DNA of 64,000 nucleotides from Macrostomum lignano. Its lineage: Eukaryota. Made by a program: the position numbers and the translations under genes. Shown one piece after another: positions 22,180 to 36,249 of the stretch. The DNA is taken from contig NIVC01001907.1 in NCBI GenBank assembly GCA_002269645.1, positions 158,931-222,930 of the forward strand. The letters are read 5' to 3'. Each line of letters begins with the position of its first letter. Within the stretch, counting starts at the first letter, position 1. The notes under the pieces were generated by a model that worked only from the letters and a program-made list of their open reading frames with translations, made no database searches and had not been told where the DNA came from.

Positions 22180-24445
22180 TCTGTCTAGGCGGTGTCTCTG
22201 GGAATTGTTAGGCAGTGTCTATGGGAATTGTGAAGCATTGTCTATGGCAATTTTTAAGATTTGTCGTTGGGAATTGTTAGGCAGTGTCTATGGGAATTGT
22301 TAGGCAGTGTCTATGGGAATTGTTAGGTGGTGTCTCTGGGAATTGTTAGGCAGTGTCTCTGGGAATTGTTAGGCAGTGTCTATGGGAATTGTTAGACAGT
22401 GTCTATGGGAATTGTTAGGCAGTGTCTATGGGAATTGTTAGACAGTGTCTATGGGAATTGTTAGACAGTGTCTATGGGAATTGTTAGACAGTGTCTATGG
22501 GAATTGTTAGGCAGTGTCTATGGGAATTGTTAGGCAGTGTCTATGGGAATTGTAAGGCAATGTCTTTGGGAATTGTTAGGCAGTGTCTATGGGAATTGTC
22601 AAGCGGTGTCTATGGAAATTTTTAGGCAGTGTCTATGGGAATTGTCAAGCGGTGTCTATGGGAATTTTTAGGCAGTGTCTATGGGAATTATTAGGCAGTG
22701 TCTATAGGAATTATTGGGCAGTGTCTATAGGAATTATTGGGCAGTGTCTATAGGAATTATTGGGCAGTGTCTATAGGAATTATTGGGCAGTGTCTATAGG
22801 AATTATTGGGCAGTGTCTAAGGGAATTGTTATGGGTGTCTATGATAATGGTTGGGCAGTGTCTATGGGAATTGTTATGGGTGTCTATGGGAATTGTTATG
22901 GGTGTCTATGGGAATTGTTATGGGTGTCTATGGGAATTGTTATGGGTGTCTATGGGAATTGTTATGGGTGTCTATGGGAATTGTTATGGGTGTCTATGGG
23001 AATTGTTATGGGTGTCTATGGGAATTGTTATGGGTGTCTATGGGAATTGTTATGGGTGTCTATGGTAATTGTTATGGGTGTCTATGGGAATTGTTATGGG
23101 TGTCTATGGGAATTGTTATGGGTGTCTATGGGAATTGTTATGGGTGTCTATGGGAATATCAGAAACATCTCTTATCAGAAACTTGATAAGCCAACTGCAT
23201 GTTTTAGTTCCAAACTGGCTTGAAGTCCGTACATGCTACTGTTAGTAGCACAATGATATTGTATTTTTTAGCTAAGCCTTAAAGATTTATCGAATTCCCC
23301 CACCACTTTTTGCACCAAACCTTTGCATTGTTTTCTTTTGCTAAAGCAGAAATATAGACGGTTTCATTTTAAATTTATTTTATTTAGTCTTCTTTTTCCT
23401 GAAATAATAGTTTGGCTTTTTCATTGTATTATCTTTAATAACAGATATGATGTGATTTAGAAAGTTTTAAGTTTTAAACTATCGTCTTTATAGCTGGTTT
23501 GCCAAATGCATTCATAGTCAAGTGCATTTATAACTTTGCAATGAAATTGACTATAGAACTGCTCGGCAACCAGCTTACAGTAGGCGAACACCGATCTGAA
23601 AAATGGATAGCAGGTGTTTTCAAGATGCCGGACGCATACAGGTGTGGCGGCTGCATAGATTGCTTCATTGCGCCATGTATAATGCGTCCTACAGGCTGTT
23701 TTTTGTCATAAAAATGCTGCAGTGTTAGATTTAACTACTGTTAGTAAGCTAGAGGAATGGGCTTTGGGTGTCTATCTAGTTAGTGGATGTCTATGGGGAA
23801 TGTTTGGTGTTGTCTCTGGAAGTTCTTGTTGATGTCTATTGGAATTGTTAGTCAGTGTCTATGGGAATTGTTAGTCAGTGTCTATGGGAATTGTTAGTCA
23901 GTGTCTATGGGAATTGTTAGTCAGTGTCTATGGGAATTGTTAAGATTTGTCTATGGGAATTGTTAGGCAGTGTCTATGGGAATTGTTAGTCAGTGTCTAT
24001 GGGAATTGTTAGTCAGTGTCTATGGGAATTGTTAGTCAGTGTCTATGGGAATTGTTAGTCAGTGTCTATGGGAATTGTTAGTCAGTGTCTATGGGAATTG
24101 TTAGTCAGTGTCTATGGGAATTCTTAAGATTTGTCTATGGGAATTGTTAAGATTTGTCTATGTGAATTGTTAAGATTTGTCTATGGGAATTGTTAGGCGG
24201 TGTATATGTGAATTGTTAGGCAGTGTCTATGGGAATTGTTAAGATTTGTCTGTGGGAATTGTTAGGCGGTGTCTATGGGAATTGTTAGACAGTGTCTATA
24301 GGAATTGTTAAAAAAGTGTCTATGGGAATTGTTAGACAGTGTCTATAGGAATTGTTAGGCAGTGTCTATGGGAATTGTTAGACAGTGTCTATAGGAATTG
24401 TTAGGCAGTGTCTATGGGAATTGTTAGGCAGTGTCTATGGGAATT
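22180..24445. repeat. 22-23-bp minisatellite (GTGTCTATGGGAATTGTTAGGCA) in two blocks (about 22180-23155 and 23820-24445)
   Basis: Same unit family on both sides of about 650 bp of unique sequence. Confidence 0.95.
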
Positions 24446-24545
24446 CTCTGAGATATCTGCCATCTTCATCGCTGCATCATGCCCGCAGTCGAAGTCCAAG
24501 AGCGGTCAGTCGCACAGAGGCGGGCAGACGGCGGCCGACTCAACA

Positions 24546-27500
24546 ATGTCCCCGCTGTGGCTGCCGTCGGTGACGCTGGAGTCCGAGTGTCCAGGCATCG
24601 CTGCCCTGCTGAGCCGGCCAGCTGTCCGGCCGGAGGACATTGACCGGCTGCAGTGGGAGGCTGAGACCCTGCTAGCCAATGTGAACAAGCGCAGCTTCCT
24701 GCTTGCCGCGGAGATCAGCGGCACCCCACTGCCTGGCGGCCTGATCACCCGGTCGAACAAGTCAGAATGGCTGCCGGGAGCGGCCGTGGTCAAGTCAGTT
24801 CCCGGCAAGCCGCTGGCTCTGACCATCTCCTTGAAGCGGCGTCGCGAGGACTCGACAAGCGCTGACGGTGAGACAACGAGAAATAGCTCAGGGCTCAGTT
24901 TTTGTTGCCAGCTTTGAAATAAAAACTGTGACACGATGTTCCAATTGTTCTACTCCTAAGTGGGAATTCTGATACAGTCTAGTATGATAAGCCGCAGGTC
25001 CTAGCTGACTGCTAAAGATTTAAAGGATAGATCTGAAGGATAGATCCGAAGGATAGATCCGAAGGATAGATCCGAAGGATAGATCCGAAGGATAGATCCG
25101 AAGGATAGATCCGAAGGATAGATCCGAAGGATAGATCCGAAGGATAGATCCGAAGGATAGATCCGAAGGATAGATCCGAAGGATAGATCCGAAGGATAGA
25201 TCCGAAGGATAGATCCGAAGGATAGATCCGAAGGATAGATCCGAAGGATAGATCCGAAGGATAGATCCGAAGGATAGATCCGAAGGATAGATCCGAAGGA
25301 TAGATCCGAAGGATAGATCCGAAGGATAGATCCGAAGGATAGATCCGAAGGATAGATCCGAAGGATAGATCCGAAGGATAGATCCGAAGGATAGATCCGA
25401 AGGATAGATCCGAAGGATAGATCCGAAGGATAGATCCGAAGGATAGATCCGAAGGATAGATCCGAAGGATAGATCCGAAGGATAGATCCGAAGGATAGAT
25501 CCGAAGGATAGATCCGAAGGATAGATCCGAAGGGTAGATCCGAAGGATAGATCCGAAGGGTAGATCCGAATAATAGATCCAAAGGGTAGATCCGAAGGAT
25601 AGATCCGAAGGACGGATAGATAAACGGACGGATAGACGGATAGATCCGAAGGACGGATAGATAGACGGACGGATAGATCCGAAGGACGGATCCGAAGGAT
25701 AGATCTGAAGGTGATAAAAAAAGCGCAACACTTCAGCAGGTGCCGCAGCCGCTGCCGACGCCTCAGCCAGTCCTCTGTCTGCCGATGAAGTTCTGGCGCC
25801 GCCGGCTAAACGAGCCGCGGCCGCCGCCGCGGTGGCCGCTTTTCCAGGAAACAACAAGCCGCTCCGACCAGGCGGTGTCTATCAGCAGCGGAAGAACAAG
25901 GCGGCTGCTGTCGCTGCGGCTGCTGCTTCTGCACCTGCTGGAGCTTCGGCTAATTCCGACTCGGCGGCGGAGTCGGCGACACCTCAGCAGCAGGCTGACG
26001 CACCGCCGGGTCTCTACGAGGTGCCGAACAAATTCTGGGCCCTGATGGAGCCGTACTGCGCCGAGATCACGGAGGACAATCTGCACTCGCTGGAGCTGCT
26101 AATTCGATCGTACGAGATCGGCGAAGACTCCGGCTTTTTCCGGATGCCGCCGCTGCCTAACTCGGCCGCCGCCGAGGTCGCCAGCAACGGCGAGTCGAAG
26201 TCGGCCAGCGGCTTCAACGGCATTAGCAGCAGCAGCAGCAACAGCAGCAACGGCAAAAATGGTCGTAACGGCGCCATTGTCGAACATGGCGGCGAGATCG
26301 ACGCTGGATTGCTGCCAACCTCCGATTCTTCCCAGCAACAGTCGGCTGGCGACAATGGCGCCGCTCTCATGATGCGCCTGCAGGCCGAGATTTGCGTCGA
26401 TTCGACGCCATTGGGCAGCGCGGACTCTGGCGCCGGCGCCGATGCGGGCGGTTTGGGGCCGCTGGCTCAGCAGCTGGTGGCCGCTCTGGTGGCCAATGAC
26501 GATGAAGACAGCGGAGTCTGCAAGTCGGAGACCCTGACCGACACTGACGATCCTGGACTGGTGAGACCGGCTGCTGTGCTGTCAGTATTGAGTTTGGTCT
26601 GTCAGTAGTGAGTTCAGGACTGTGTCAGTAGTGAGTTCAGGACTGTGTCAGTAGTGAGTTCAGGACTGTGTCAGTAGTGAGTTCAGGACTTTGTCAGTAG
26701 TGAGTTCAGGACTGTGTTAGTATTGAGTTCAGGACTTTGTCAGTAGTGAGTTCAGGACTGTGTCAGTAGTGAGTTCAGGACTGTGTCAGTAGTGAGTTCA
26801 GGACTGTGTCAGTAGGGTGTTCAGGACTGTGTCAGCAGTGAGTTCAGGACTGTATCAGTAGGTAGTTCAGGACTGTGTCAGTAGTGAGTTCAGGACTGTG
26901 TCAGTAGTGAGTTCAGGACTGTGTCAGTATTGAGTTCAGGACTGTGTTAGTAGTGAGTTCAGGACTGTGTCAGTAGGGAGTTCAGGACTGTGTCAGTAGT
27001 GAGTTCAGGACTGTGTCAGTAGTGAGTTCAGGACTGTGTCAGTATTGAGTTCAGGACTGTGTCAGTAGTGAGTTCAGGACTGTGTCAGTAGGGAGTTCAG
27101 GACTGTGTCAGTATTGAGTTCAGGACTGTGTCAGTAAGGAGTTCAGGCCATCAAAGCCTCATCTCGCCGCACCGCAGATGCAGCAGACAGCGCAGCTCGC
27201 CGCGCTGCCAACCAAGCAGCTGGCCAAACTGCTGGGGGTTTCCAACAGCTGCAAGCTGGAGCGCCGGCTCCGCAAGCAGCTCGAACGGCACGGCGTCTCG
27301 CCCGGCAGGCTCGCAGCTGCCGGGGCCGCCAGCGGCGCCGCCAGCGCTGGAGGAGCCGGCGCTGAAAGCGACTCAGAGGGCGCGGTGGCCGCAGCCGCCG
27401 CCGCTGAAGCTGCCGCCGCCGCAGCCGCCGCGGCCGCCCAGTTGACTTCCTCATCCTCGGCCTCGGCCGATCCGGACGACGAGGTGGCCACGGCGCTGCG

Positions 27501-27786
27501 CGGACGGCAGCGCGAGCTTCGCCGACTGTGCGACTTCAACAGGGCCACGCTGCGGCGGCTGTACGCGGCGGCCAAGCTGGACACGCAGCGGCAGGCCATC
27601 CGGCGTCGCCTGGCTGTGGCCGACGCCGACGTGGTGGAGGCGCACGCCAGGCTGCAGGCCTACCGGCAGAAGCGACGCCAGCCGTTAAAGAAGGACCGCG
27701 ACGCCGCTTGGAAGGCGCTCCGCGAGCGGGCCAAGATTGTGCGCGAGCTGGAAGCGTTCGAGACCCGGCACAAGGCGCTGCTGTGA
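24546..27786 (+). CDS. TADA3: Transcriptional adapter 3 (SAGA/ATAC HAT module subunit)
   Basis: Exons 24546-24867, 25737-26560 and 27178-27786 (1755 nt, in frame). Motifs CPGIAALL...IDRLQWEAETLL, PNKFWALMEPYCAEIT, GPLAQQLVAALV, DPDDEV...QRELR, KKDRDAAWKALRER match recalled Ada3. An upstream coding exon cannot be excluded. Confidence 0.92.
25025..25700. repeat. 13-bp array (GAAGGATAGATCC)n in TADA3 intron 1
   Basis: Near-perfect tandem array. Confidence 0.97.
26580..27146. repeat. 23-bp array (GTCAGTAGTGAGTTCAGGACTGT)n in TADA3 intron 2
   Basis: About 24 units. Confidence 0.97.
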
Positions 27787-29316
27787 GCGGCCGGCCAATG
27801 TCTGATGCTCCTCAGTCTTTGCTGTCCCGCGTCTCTAGTTAATAATCTCCCCTTTGTGCGTTTGAATTGTATTCCTATTAAGTGCAACTTGCAAGTAGAA
27901 AGCCTGGGGTATAAGTCGTTTCTTAGAATTCTTTTGAAGGCCGATTTTACGCTTAAAGTCTCATTCTAAGAAAGCTTAGCAGGCAAGTCACTTTAAAATG
28001 TAAGAGCATTTGAAGTTGGAATCTCGACGGCGTGTGAAGAAGCTTAAGAAGCGGCTCCCCGGTTGTCTACTTTTGTACGTCCTTGACTTGTACATACTGT
28101 AGTTAAAACCAGTTTGTTTTCCTATCTGAAAACTGTATTATAGCTTCATTGAAACCATTAAATTCTCCTTTGATACCAGCTCGGCACACGACGAGTTTTC
28201 CTTGTTTGTTTCACTGAATTTCATTTCGCATCAAATAAAAGTGCAACAATTTAATTAACCATTCTCTGGGTTAAAATAATTAACTTTTTATGTATAAACA
28301 CTGTACTTTTAAGCTAATGCTTGGCTTGTTTTTGCTTGCATTATTTAAATTTAATCATCTACGGATGCAATTGTATCTTGCATCATAAACGCTCTCAAAA
28401 AACATGATCCTACCTATATAAGTAAAACATCGCGGCGTCCCGGTATTAGTCAGTTTTAGCATTGGCCGGCTGATCAGGTTGAGTGTGCGTTACATGGATG
28501 CACTCTTATGCAACTCGATCTGTACAATCTGTACATCGATTGCGTGCAGACGTGCCTCGCAAGCGTTTAATTGCATGTCTGCTGTCTGTGACATGCATAG
28601 CCGGCCCTTTTTGCATGTACAAGCTATGATCGTAATCACTCTGTATGCATAGTATTGCCAGGTAAGAGTATTTACTACTTCACGCTACGCTATTCTAAAG
28701 TCTATTTTTTAGTACGATGTCTATTGAATTTTGCGGTCTTCTTTAAACAGTGAGCGAATATAACTTGGCCATGGACTGCGATCGATTCAACGGTTGAGCA
28801 ACGATAATGCCTTAAAGGGCTCAGTTTAGTTCGGCCTTTCAATTCTCTAACATTGCACGCATGTAAATAGTAGCAGACTAATAGATTGTCTTCAAAAGAT
28901 TCTGAAAGCCAGCTCAGTTTGCTCAGGATAATTGCTCGGCGAAGACGAAGGTTTCCTAGAAAAAACGATTTTTTATTCATCACAAAAATCTTAACAAACT
29001 GGCTGTATAAATTAAGACACTATTTAAATTTTCTATGAGATACTTGAAAATTCTGCTAAGCTGTAAAAATTTATAATATAAAAGTTCTGTAAAATAAAAA
29101 ATATCAGAAATTTTACGTTTTCGCGTGGGGTCACAGATTTAAACGTGTTCCACACAGCCTATAAATTTTAGTGTCGTATTACAGGGAACCAAAAAATCGT
29201 ACTTAAACTCGATAAGTGAATAAGGGAAGTTCCCTTTTTGTGTTCTAGTACAAACGGTAGGCGTCATTGGCATTATTATTCTAAATTTAAGGCCTTTGAT
29301 AGAGCAATATTATTGC

Positions 29317-29357
<41 letters not shown>
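29317..29357. repeat. (TAT)n microsatellite
   Basis: Direct reading. Confidence 0.95.
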
Positions 29358-30093
29358 GTGTATCATTGACATAAAGGCATTGAAATTTTAAACTTTGTTA
29401 AATGACATAAACCTATTTCCTATATACTAATCTATATAGGCTTAGTCATAGGTTTCTCTCGCAGGCTTGTCCTGCTGGCTCTCCTACCTACTTATCTTCT
29501 CTCTCGCACCATTTAATAACACATTGAGCCAAATTCCTCTCCTAGCTCCCAAGTGTGGCAGTCTTGGTGTGTGGCGGTCTTGGTCTTACACCATTCAGTC
29601 TAGGTGCTAGGTCTAGATTGGTAGTTTTCAATGATAATAACATGGCAATGATAATGTTTTTAAGTATATGTATATCTAGTCTTGTGGTTGTGGATTAAGT
29701 TTTGTAGATTGCTATTGAGTATTGCTATTGTATAATTTTTTTTCTATTATGCTATAAGTTTTCTATTTATGTCTATATATATAGAATAAATAAAATAATG
29801 ATAATAATGCTTTTAGGCTAAACCACTTAGTCTTAGGCTTGATATTAAGGCTCAAGGCTTAAAAGTTTGATTACAATTTTTGCTTTATTATGATTTCTAC
29901 TAATACTATAGTAATCTTTTATGAAGATAAAAATGTTTTTTAGAAAATAAAATTATTGGTATAAATTAGTTTTTTATGCATGCATTTAAGTTTCTAAAGG
30001 TAAACATCAAGAATTCAATGTAGGAAATGGCAAAATGTAAAATTATTTTATTAATAGTTAGGACTTACAATATATTCCTTGAGTCACTTTGAC

Positions 30094-33000
30094 CAGTGTT
30101 GGGCAAGTTACTCAAAAAAAGTAACTTGCGTTACTGTAACTTAAGTTACCACTTTTTAAAAAGTAACTTACGTTAGCCTAGTAACTTTGAACAAAAACCC
30201 GGTAACTTTTAAGTTACTTCCGTTACTTACTTCCGTTACCTATGTTATAAACAAAATTTTCTGCTTTTTTAACATTGCAAATGTGCTGGAACAGCACAAA
30301 TGATCGCGAAAGCCAGAAGGAAAAATACAACAAAATTAATTTCAGTAACTGTATTAAATTTTAATCACTTTAGGCCCTTTCCGTAAAAAGAAGAGAAGCT
30401 GAAGGTCAGAAACGTTAAAGGCAAAACGCAATTTAATTTTTAATAACATTATAAGTTATAATACACAAGGACAACTTAACGTAACTTCAGTTGTCCTTGA
30501 TAATACATCGCTCGTAATAAGTACCTGGCTTTACTCCACTCTACAGTCTGCTTTACTAGTTCCCAGTGAGCTCCGCGAAACCCACAAACCCAAGGACACG
30601 CGCGAAGCGCGTGTCCTTGGGTTTGTGGGGTGAGCGGAGCGAACGCGCGAGGCACAAAGTGCCGAGCATGAGGAACAAACAGCCAGCCAATGCGCGAAGC
30701 GCATTGGGTGGTCTGGCTTGTGACGAATATAATAATATGAGACGTGTGCATCGAAAAAATGACAAGAAAAATCTCACAAAAACTGCTGTAACTTCAAAAC
30801 TACAAGTGCGAATTTCACAAGTGAGGTGTCATTTTAAAGAGAAGAATCTGATCTATTTAACGAGTATAGTTTTGTATGGATTCACTGCGGAGAAAAGGAA
30901 CAGGCTTCAGTTGAAATGTTTGTCTTAAGATTATGTCTTTACAAAAGTGCATTTCCTCATGCACATTAAAACTCGAGCTAAAAATGTTCGAGGGTTATAG
31001 GTGCGCCTTACTAAGATGCATAACATTATTGGGTTGTTTTTTTCAATTGTATCAAAAAGTTGGCACTTTGGTTGCAAAAAATGCAAAAATTGAAAATGTA
31101 CTTTTACAGTTTTTTGCATTTTTTTCTATACTGCTAATAGTTAAGCATACATACTATGCACCAATTGATGCGCAATTCAAAGATACACAAGTGTGGAAGT
31201 TTTCAATTCTTAAACATTTGAAATCAGAAAGTTATCGACGAAAGACTAAAAATCATGATCTCAAACTGATTTGAGGAAAAGTGCTCATTATAATTTTTGG
31301 AATATGGAAGAAACAATTCAACGCCGTCATCTAATTCCAAACTAACTGTACTTTAAGGTACTGCGATGATTTTTTTATTGAAAGAGCGAAACCTGTTTAA
31401 ATATTTGAAAAAATGGAAAAAATTACCTTTTTTTATAGAAATACACTCTTTTGACTGCTTAATCCGATTTCCAACAACAAAATAGTTGCTTTCCTGCTGG
31501 TGCAAACCGTTATTAGGGTGAATTTTCAAAATTGCATACTGTGCCAAAAGTAAACTGAAGCTTAATATTTATAAACATTAGAAACGGGACCACTAATGGG
31601 TATTTTACTTTGGTTACTTACTATGGACTAAACTGGCACTGGCAGAGACAGATTTGAGAGAAACTAATTGCTCCATTGTATTTGTATTTGGCTCCAGCGT
31701 TACAAATTACAATAGCTATTTCGGGGTCTAACCGGCTAAGTTATCAAAAAAGCTAGATACCAATCACCAGTTTCATCATCAGCTATACCTAACCTACCAC
31801 GATTTTATAGTCACATGCAACAGTAATACCCTCCTTTAAAAGTTTTCAATATCTAAAATGATGTGTTAAATTTTATAAAATTTCATAAACAGTGAAATTT
31901 TAGCTGTTTACGTGCTGGTGGTTTGAACGTAGCTACTTTGTGCGAAAATACACTGTCATTAATACCGTACCTATTATTGTATTTATTGTATTGAAAGTTG
32001 ATGTGTAAATTGTACTTTTCTATTTTTTTGTCATTCGTTATCGCACTCGGGCCGGCCTGCCTGCCTTGTGGGGTGTGGTGGCCTTGGCCACTTTCTCCCC
32101 CTTCTGCTAGGATCCAAAGCAAGCTTTCAAGTGTACATTTAATATTATCGATCGATTATTTAAAACAAGCCTCTAGTGGCTGGTGTTGAGAGTGAGTGGC
32201 CTTGAGTGTACGCGAAAGCAAGAGGAAGCCCATGGGCGGACTATATGAACCTTCCTTTAGTGGAAAGTTGGGCCTTGTGCATTGGATAGTGTACGCTACA
32301 CAAGACAGAAGGTAAAGAAAAAGAGAACGACAGGCTAGCCAATAGCGATAGCATGTGCTTCTTTCTCTCCAGTCCACTATGGTAGGGGGGGGAGGGGGGT
32401 GTCAGACGGCCCAACTCTAACCCCCATACCCAAAACAGCGTACATGTAGAATAAGAAGGGATTGGGTCCAGATAAGTCTTCCCAAATGTACATGTATGTA
32501 CAAAGACAAACACAGACAAGAAAAATGGCTCTAAAAACCATTGTTATTGTTACACTGTGTGTCTATTTTTATTAACTTGACTTTGACTTGTCTTTACTCT
32601 AGCATGGTCAAGGATAATTACTGTTACTTCATACCTAATTTACAATTAATTGCATAAGATTAAGAAGGAATAATACAATCGAGGTCGAACCCATGATCAC
32701 TTGACCCACCCACCCATGATCACTTCTGATTCTGACCTACATGTATCTACTATATCCTGCCAGTTTCTCCAGTTTTATGGGTCTTGGTGTCGGTGATTCG
32801 AGCAATTCCATTACATTTTATCGGTGCAGTGCGTCTATTAATGCTTAGCTACTTGTATATGTGTTGCAGAACTTATGCTCGTAGTTTCCCTTCTAGGGAT
32901 GTTGACCCCGGGAGTGCTCCCCGGGGAGCTTGTCGGGGAATACTCTCCGGGGAATTTAACCGGGGACCCTGGGGAGAAAAAATATGAAAAAATGCATTTG

Positions 33001-34606
33001 TAACTTAATTTTTGCCATTAAAATAAGAAACTGATTCACAGAAAGCTGATTGAAACTCTGTCTATGCTCTTTTACCGCATAATTGCTTATTTCAATGCAT
33101 TACATGTATAATTTGAAACACAACACACGTTTGATTGTTTTTTCACTAATAAGTCATTCAATCAAGCAAATTGCACGTAGAAAAGAAACCCGTCAGGAAA
33201 AAGAAGCCTTACTGACTAGTGACTGCTGTGCTGGTCTGCGTTGACGGCTTGATGCAGGCGCAGCGCTGCGTCATGCGTCAGGCACTGACGCATAGGGGGG
33301 TGTCATACATATACTCCCTATTAGACAAGGACAAAATGGTGATTTACATATATATGCAAGAAATAAAATTCCGATTATAAAAACAGTCTCATTCATTAAT
33401 TATCCTCTCACGAGCGTAGCTGTTTAGCATGCATTCCAACAAATGCACTTTTCCGATAAAGGTGCGCGCACGATTTCGTGATGCCACATTGTCAAATACA
33501 GTTTAAAAAAACATTGTTTAAAATTTTTACCCCTGCGCCTTGAACATGTAGTACAAAGCTTAAATCAAAGTTTAAAAAATTCCACTTACAATTTAAGTGA
33601 TCCGCCGTTTTTACTTATTTTTTCTTTTCACTGGGGTCCCCGATAAGATAATTCCCTGGGGAATCGACATCCCTAATTCCCTTCCTATAAATCATTTGAC
33701 GTTAGAGACATTTTACAACTCTCGCCCTACTTTATCTATTAGGCTAACTTTATGTATGACACGACGCAAAATATTAGGAGCATCAGCGTTAATAATGCCT
33801 TGAAAGTCTTTAAATAATCGATACAACACTAGGTATTATAAAATTCCAACCCCAAAGCTCACTGGGGCGAAAAGACTTTGTCTTCATTAACTAGTCTTTT
33901 TATTTTCAATTATTTGAAATTTTTTTCAATTTTTTCAATTATTTTTCAATTCATTAATATTAAATTATTGTGCAGTGCAGTGCAGTGCCAGTGGACTTTA
34001 GTGGTGTAGCCAGGGAGGCCGCCTTAACAATCGTTGGGGCGGCAACTTCACCCCACCTGCAAGACACCCCACCAGGGGGGGGGTGGGGTTGGGCGTGGCG
34101 GGTGCATGAGGCATGGCCAGCCAGGTCAACCCCCCCCCCCCCCCCCAATTAAAATTCCTGGCTACGTCGATCACTGAGTGGATTTGTGGAGACTACAGAT
34201 GAATTTCTTTCTTTGGTTGTTTGTTTCTAAGAACTAAACAAAATATTTTTATTAACTTAAAAACGAAAAGCAAAAATATTTTACCGAAAATAACAAAGTA
34301 AAAACATGTTTCAAGTATTTCTTTATTAATTACAGCGTAATACCGTATGATATTATTCACTTAGTTTTGAATTTAAGAATGAAAAATGCTAAAAATGTGA
34401 CAACTGGCGTAATAGCTAAGCATATCAGTTTTAAATTTAAATATTGCGATTGTTGCAAAGTAACTGTAACGGACTTCCGAAATTTGAGTAACTTACCGTT
34501 ACTCCGTTACCAAAATAGGAAAGTAACTTGCGTAAGGAACGCTTTACGAAAAAGTAACTTGCGTTACCATTTACAAGTTACTCGGTAACGGAAGTGCCCA
34601 ACACTG
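30094..34606. mobile_element. Non-autonomous hAT-family element (4513 bp), probably with nested insertions
   Basis: 12-bp TIR CAGTGTTGGGCA / TGCCCAACACTG; exact 8-bp TSD ACTTTGAC at 30086-30093 and 34607-34614; dense GTAAC/GTTAC subterminal motifs at both ends; no transposase ORF. Confidence 0.9.
33989..34176. mobile_element. Degenerate MITE-like sequence
   Basis: GTAGCCAGG ... CCTGGCTAC inverted ends with CAGTG / CACTG outside them and internal G and C runs; no clean TSD found. Confidence 0.4.
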
Positions 34607-34760
34607 ACTTTGACTATGCATAATATTAAATAACTGCAGGCTTTGCTTAATCTATATATTATTATAGGATATACCATATTAGTATACTATAGGCTACTAT
34701 ATGTCATACCATACTAATACATCTAACCATTAATTTTCAGAGATATATTCAATAAAGATA

Positions 34761-35387
34761 ATGGCTCAATCACCACAAACATTTGAGGCTGCTAAATGCC
34801 CTTCTGATGAGCTGTCTCTGACAAACCAGCTGTTTTTTCACCCTGAAGATGTTCTACATTCTACCACTCAGTAAGTGTTTCCTTCATTTTTAATGAATAT
34901 TTTCATTGTGTTTGTCTTTTAATTGATGTGTTTTTACTTTCTTTTGTATTAACTTAACATATAAATTATCATTTTAGACACCTGGTGCTGCAGTGTGGAA
35001 AAGGAGATTTTATTTTCATGCTGGGAACTAGTCCTAAAATGACCAAGGGCCAAATTGGATTCAGTCTAATTCAGGTAAATTACCTGTGCTAATCTGTCAT
35101 CTGTGTTAGTCACTTAGGGCTTTGGTGGGTTATCAGTGAGTCACAGGGGTATCTCAGGTCATAACAGCTGCCGTTTTTATTTAATTTCAGCGCCGCTGGA
35201 CCAATGTCAGCATTGGTGAGAGAGTTTGCATAAAATTCTCGCACAAATTCGATCCCCGTAAGGCTGCCATTGCTAATCTGCTTGTTGAGGCGGATTTTTT
35301 GCTGAAGAAAAAGTAAGTGGAAAGTTGAGTACATTCAGTGTATTTAAAACGCTTTGATGCTGTGGCTGAACAGAGAGATAGACATGC

Positions 35388-35426
<39 letters not shown>

Positions 35427-35501
35427 AACACAGACAGACAGACATGCAGACAGACAGACAGACAGACACAGACAGACAGACAGACACAGACAGACAGACA
35501 C

Positions 35502-35544
<43 letters not shown>

Positions 35545-35701
35545 TGCAGACAGACACAGACAGACAGACACACAGACAGACAGACAGACAGAAACACAGA
35601 CAGACAGACAGTCAGACAGACAGACAGACAGTCAGACAGACAGACAGACACAGACAGACACAGACAGACAGACATGCAGACAGACACAGACAGACAGACA
35701 C

Positions 35702-35736
<35 letters not shown>

Positions 35737-35789
35737 CAGACAGACAGACAGACAGACAGACATGCAGACAGACACAGACAGACAGACAC

Positions 35790-35848
<59 letters not shown>

Positions 35849-35913
35849 CAGACAGACAGACAGACATGCAGACAGACACAGACAGACAGACACACAGACA
35901 GACAGACAGACAA

Positions 35914-35956
<43 letters not shown>

Positions 35957-36210
35957 CTATAAGACAGACAGACAGACAGACAGGCAGGCAGGCAGGCAGG
36001 CAGACAGACATGCTGGGAACTAGTCCTAAAATGACCAAGGGCCAAATTGGATTCAGTCTAATTCAGGTAAATTACCTGTGCTAATCTGTCATCTGTGTTA
36101 GTCACTTAGGGCTTTGGTGGGTTATCAGCATGAAAGACAGACACACAGACAGACAGACAGACATGCAGACAGACACAGACAGACAGACACACAGACAGAC
36201 AGACAGACAA

Positions 36211-36249
<39 letters not shown>

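Noticed and set aside
19365-25857. Repeat-derived ORFs such as 19365-20285, 22760-23223 and 25001-25857 (also 9552-10076, 11180-11979, 41859-42506, 54245-54934)
   Set aside because: Periodic translations of minisatellites, mostly intronic or antisense to supported genes.
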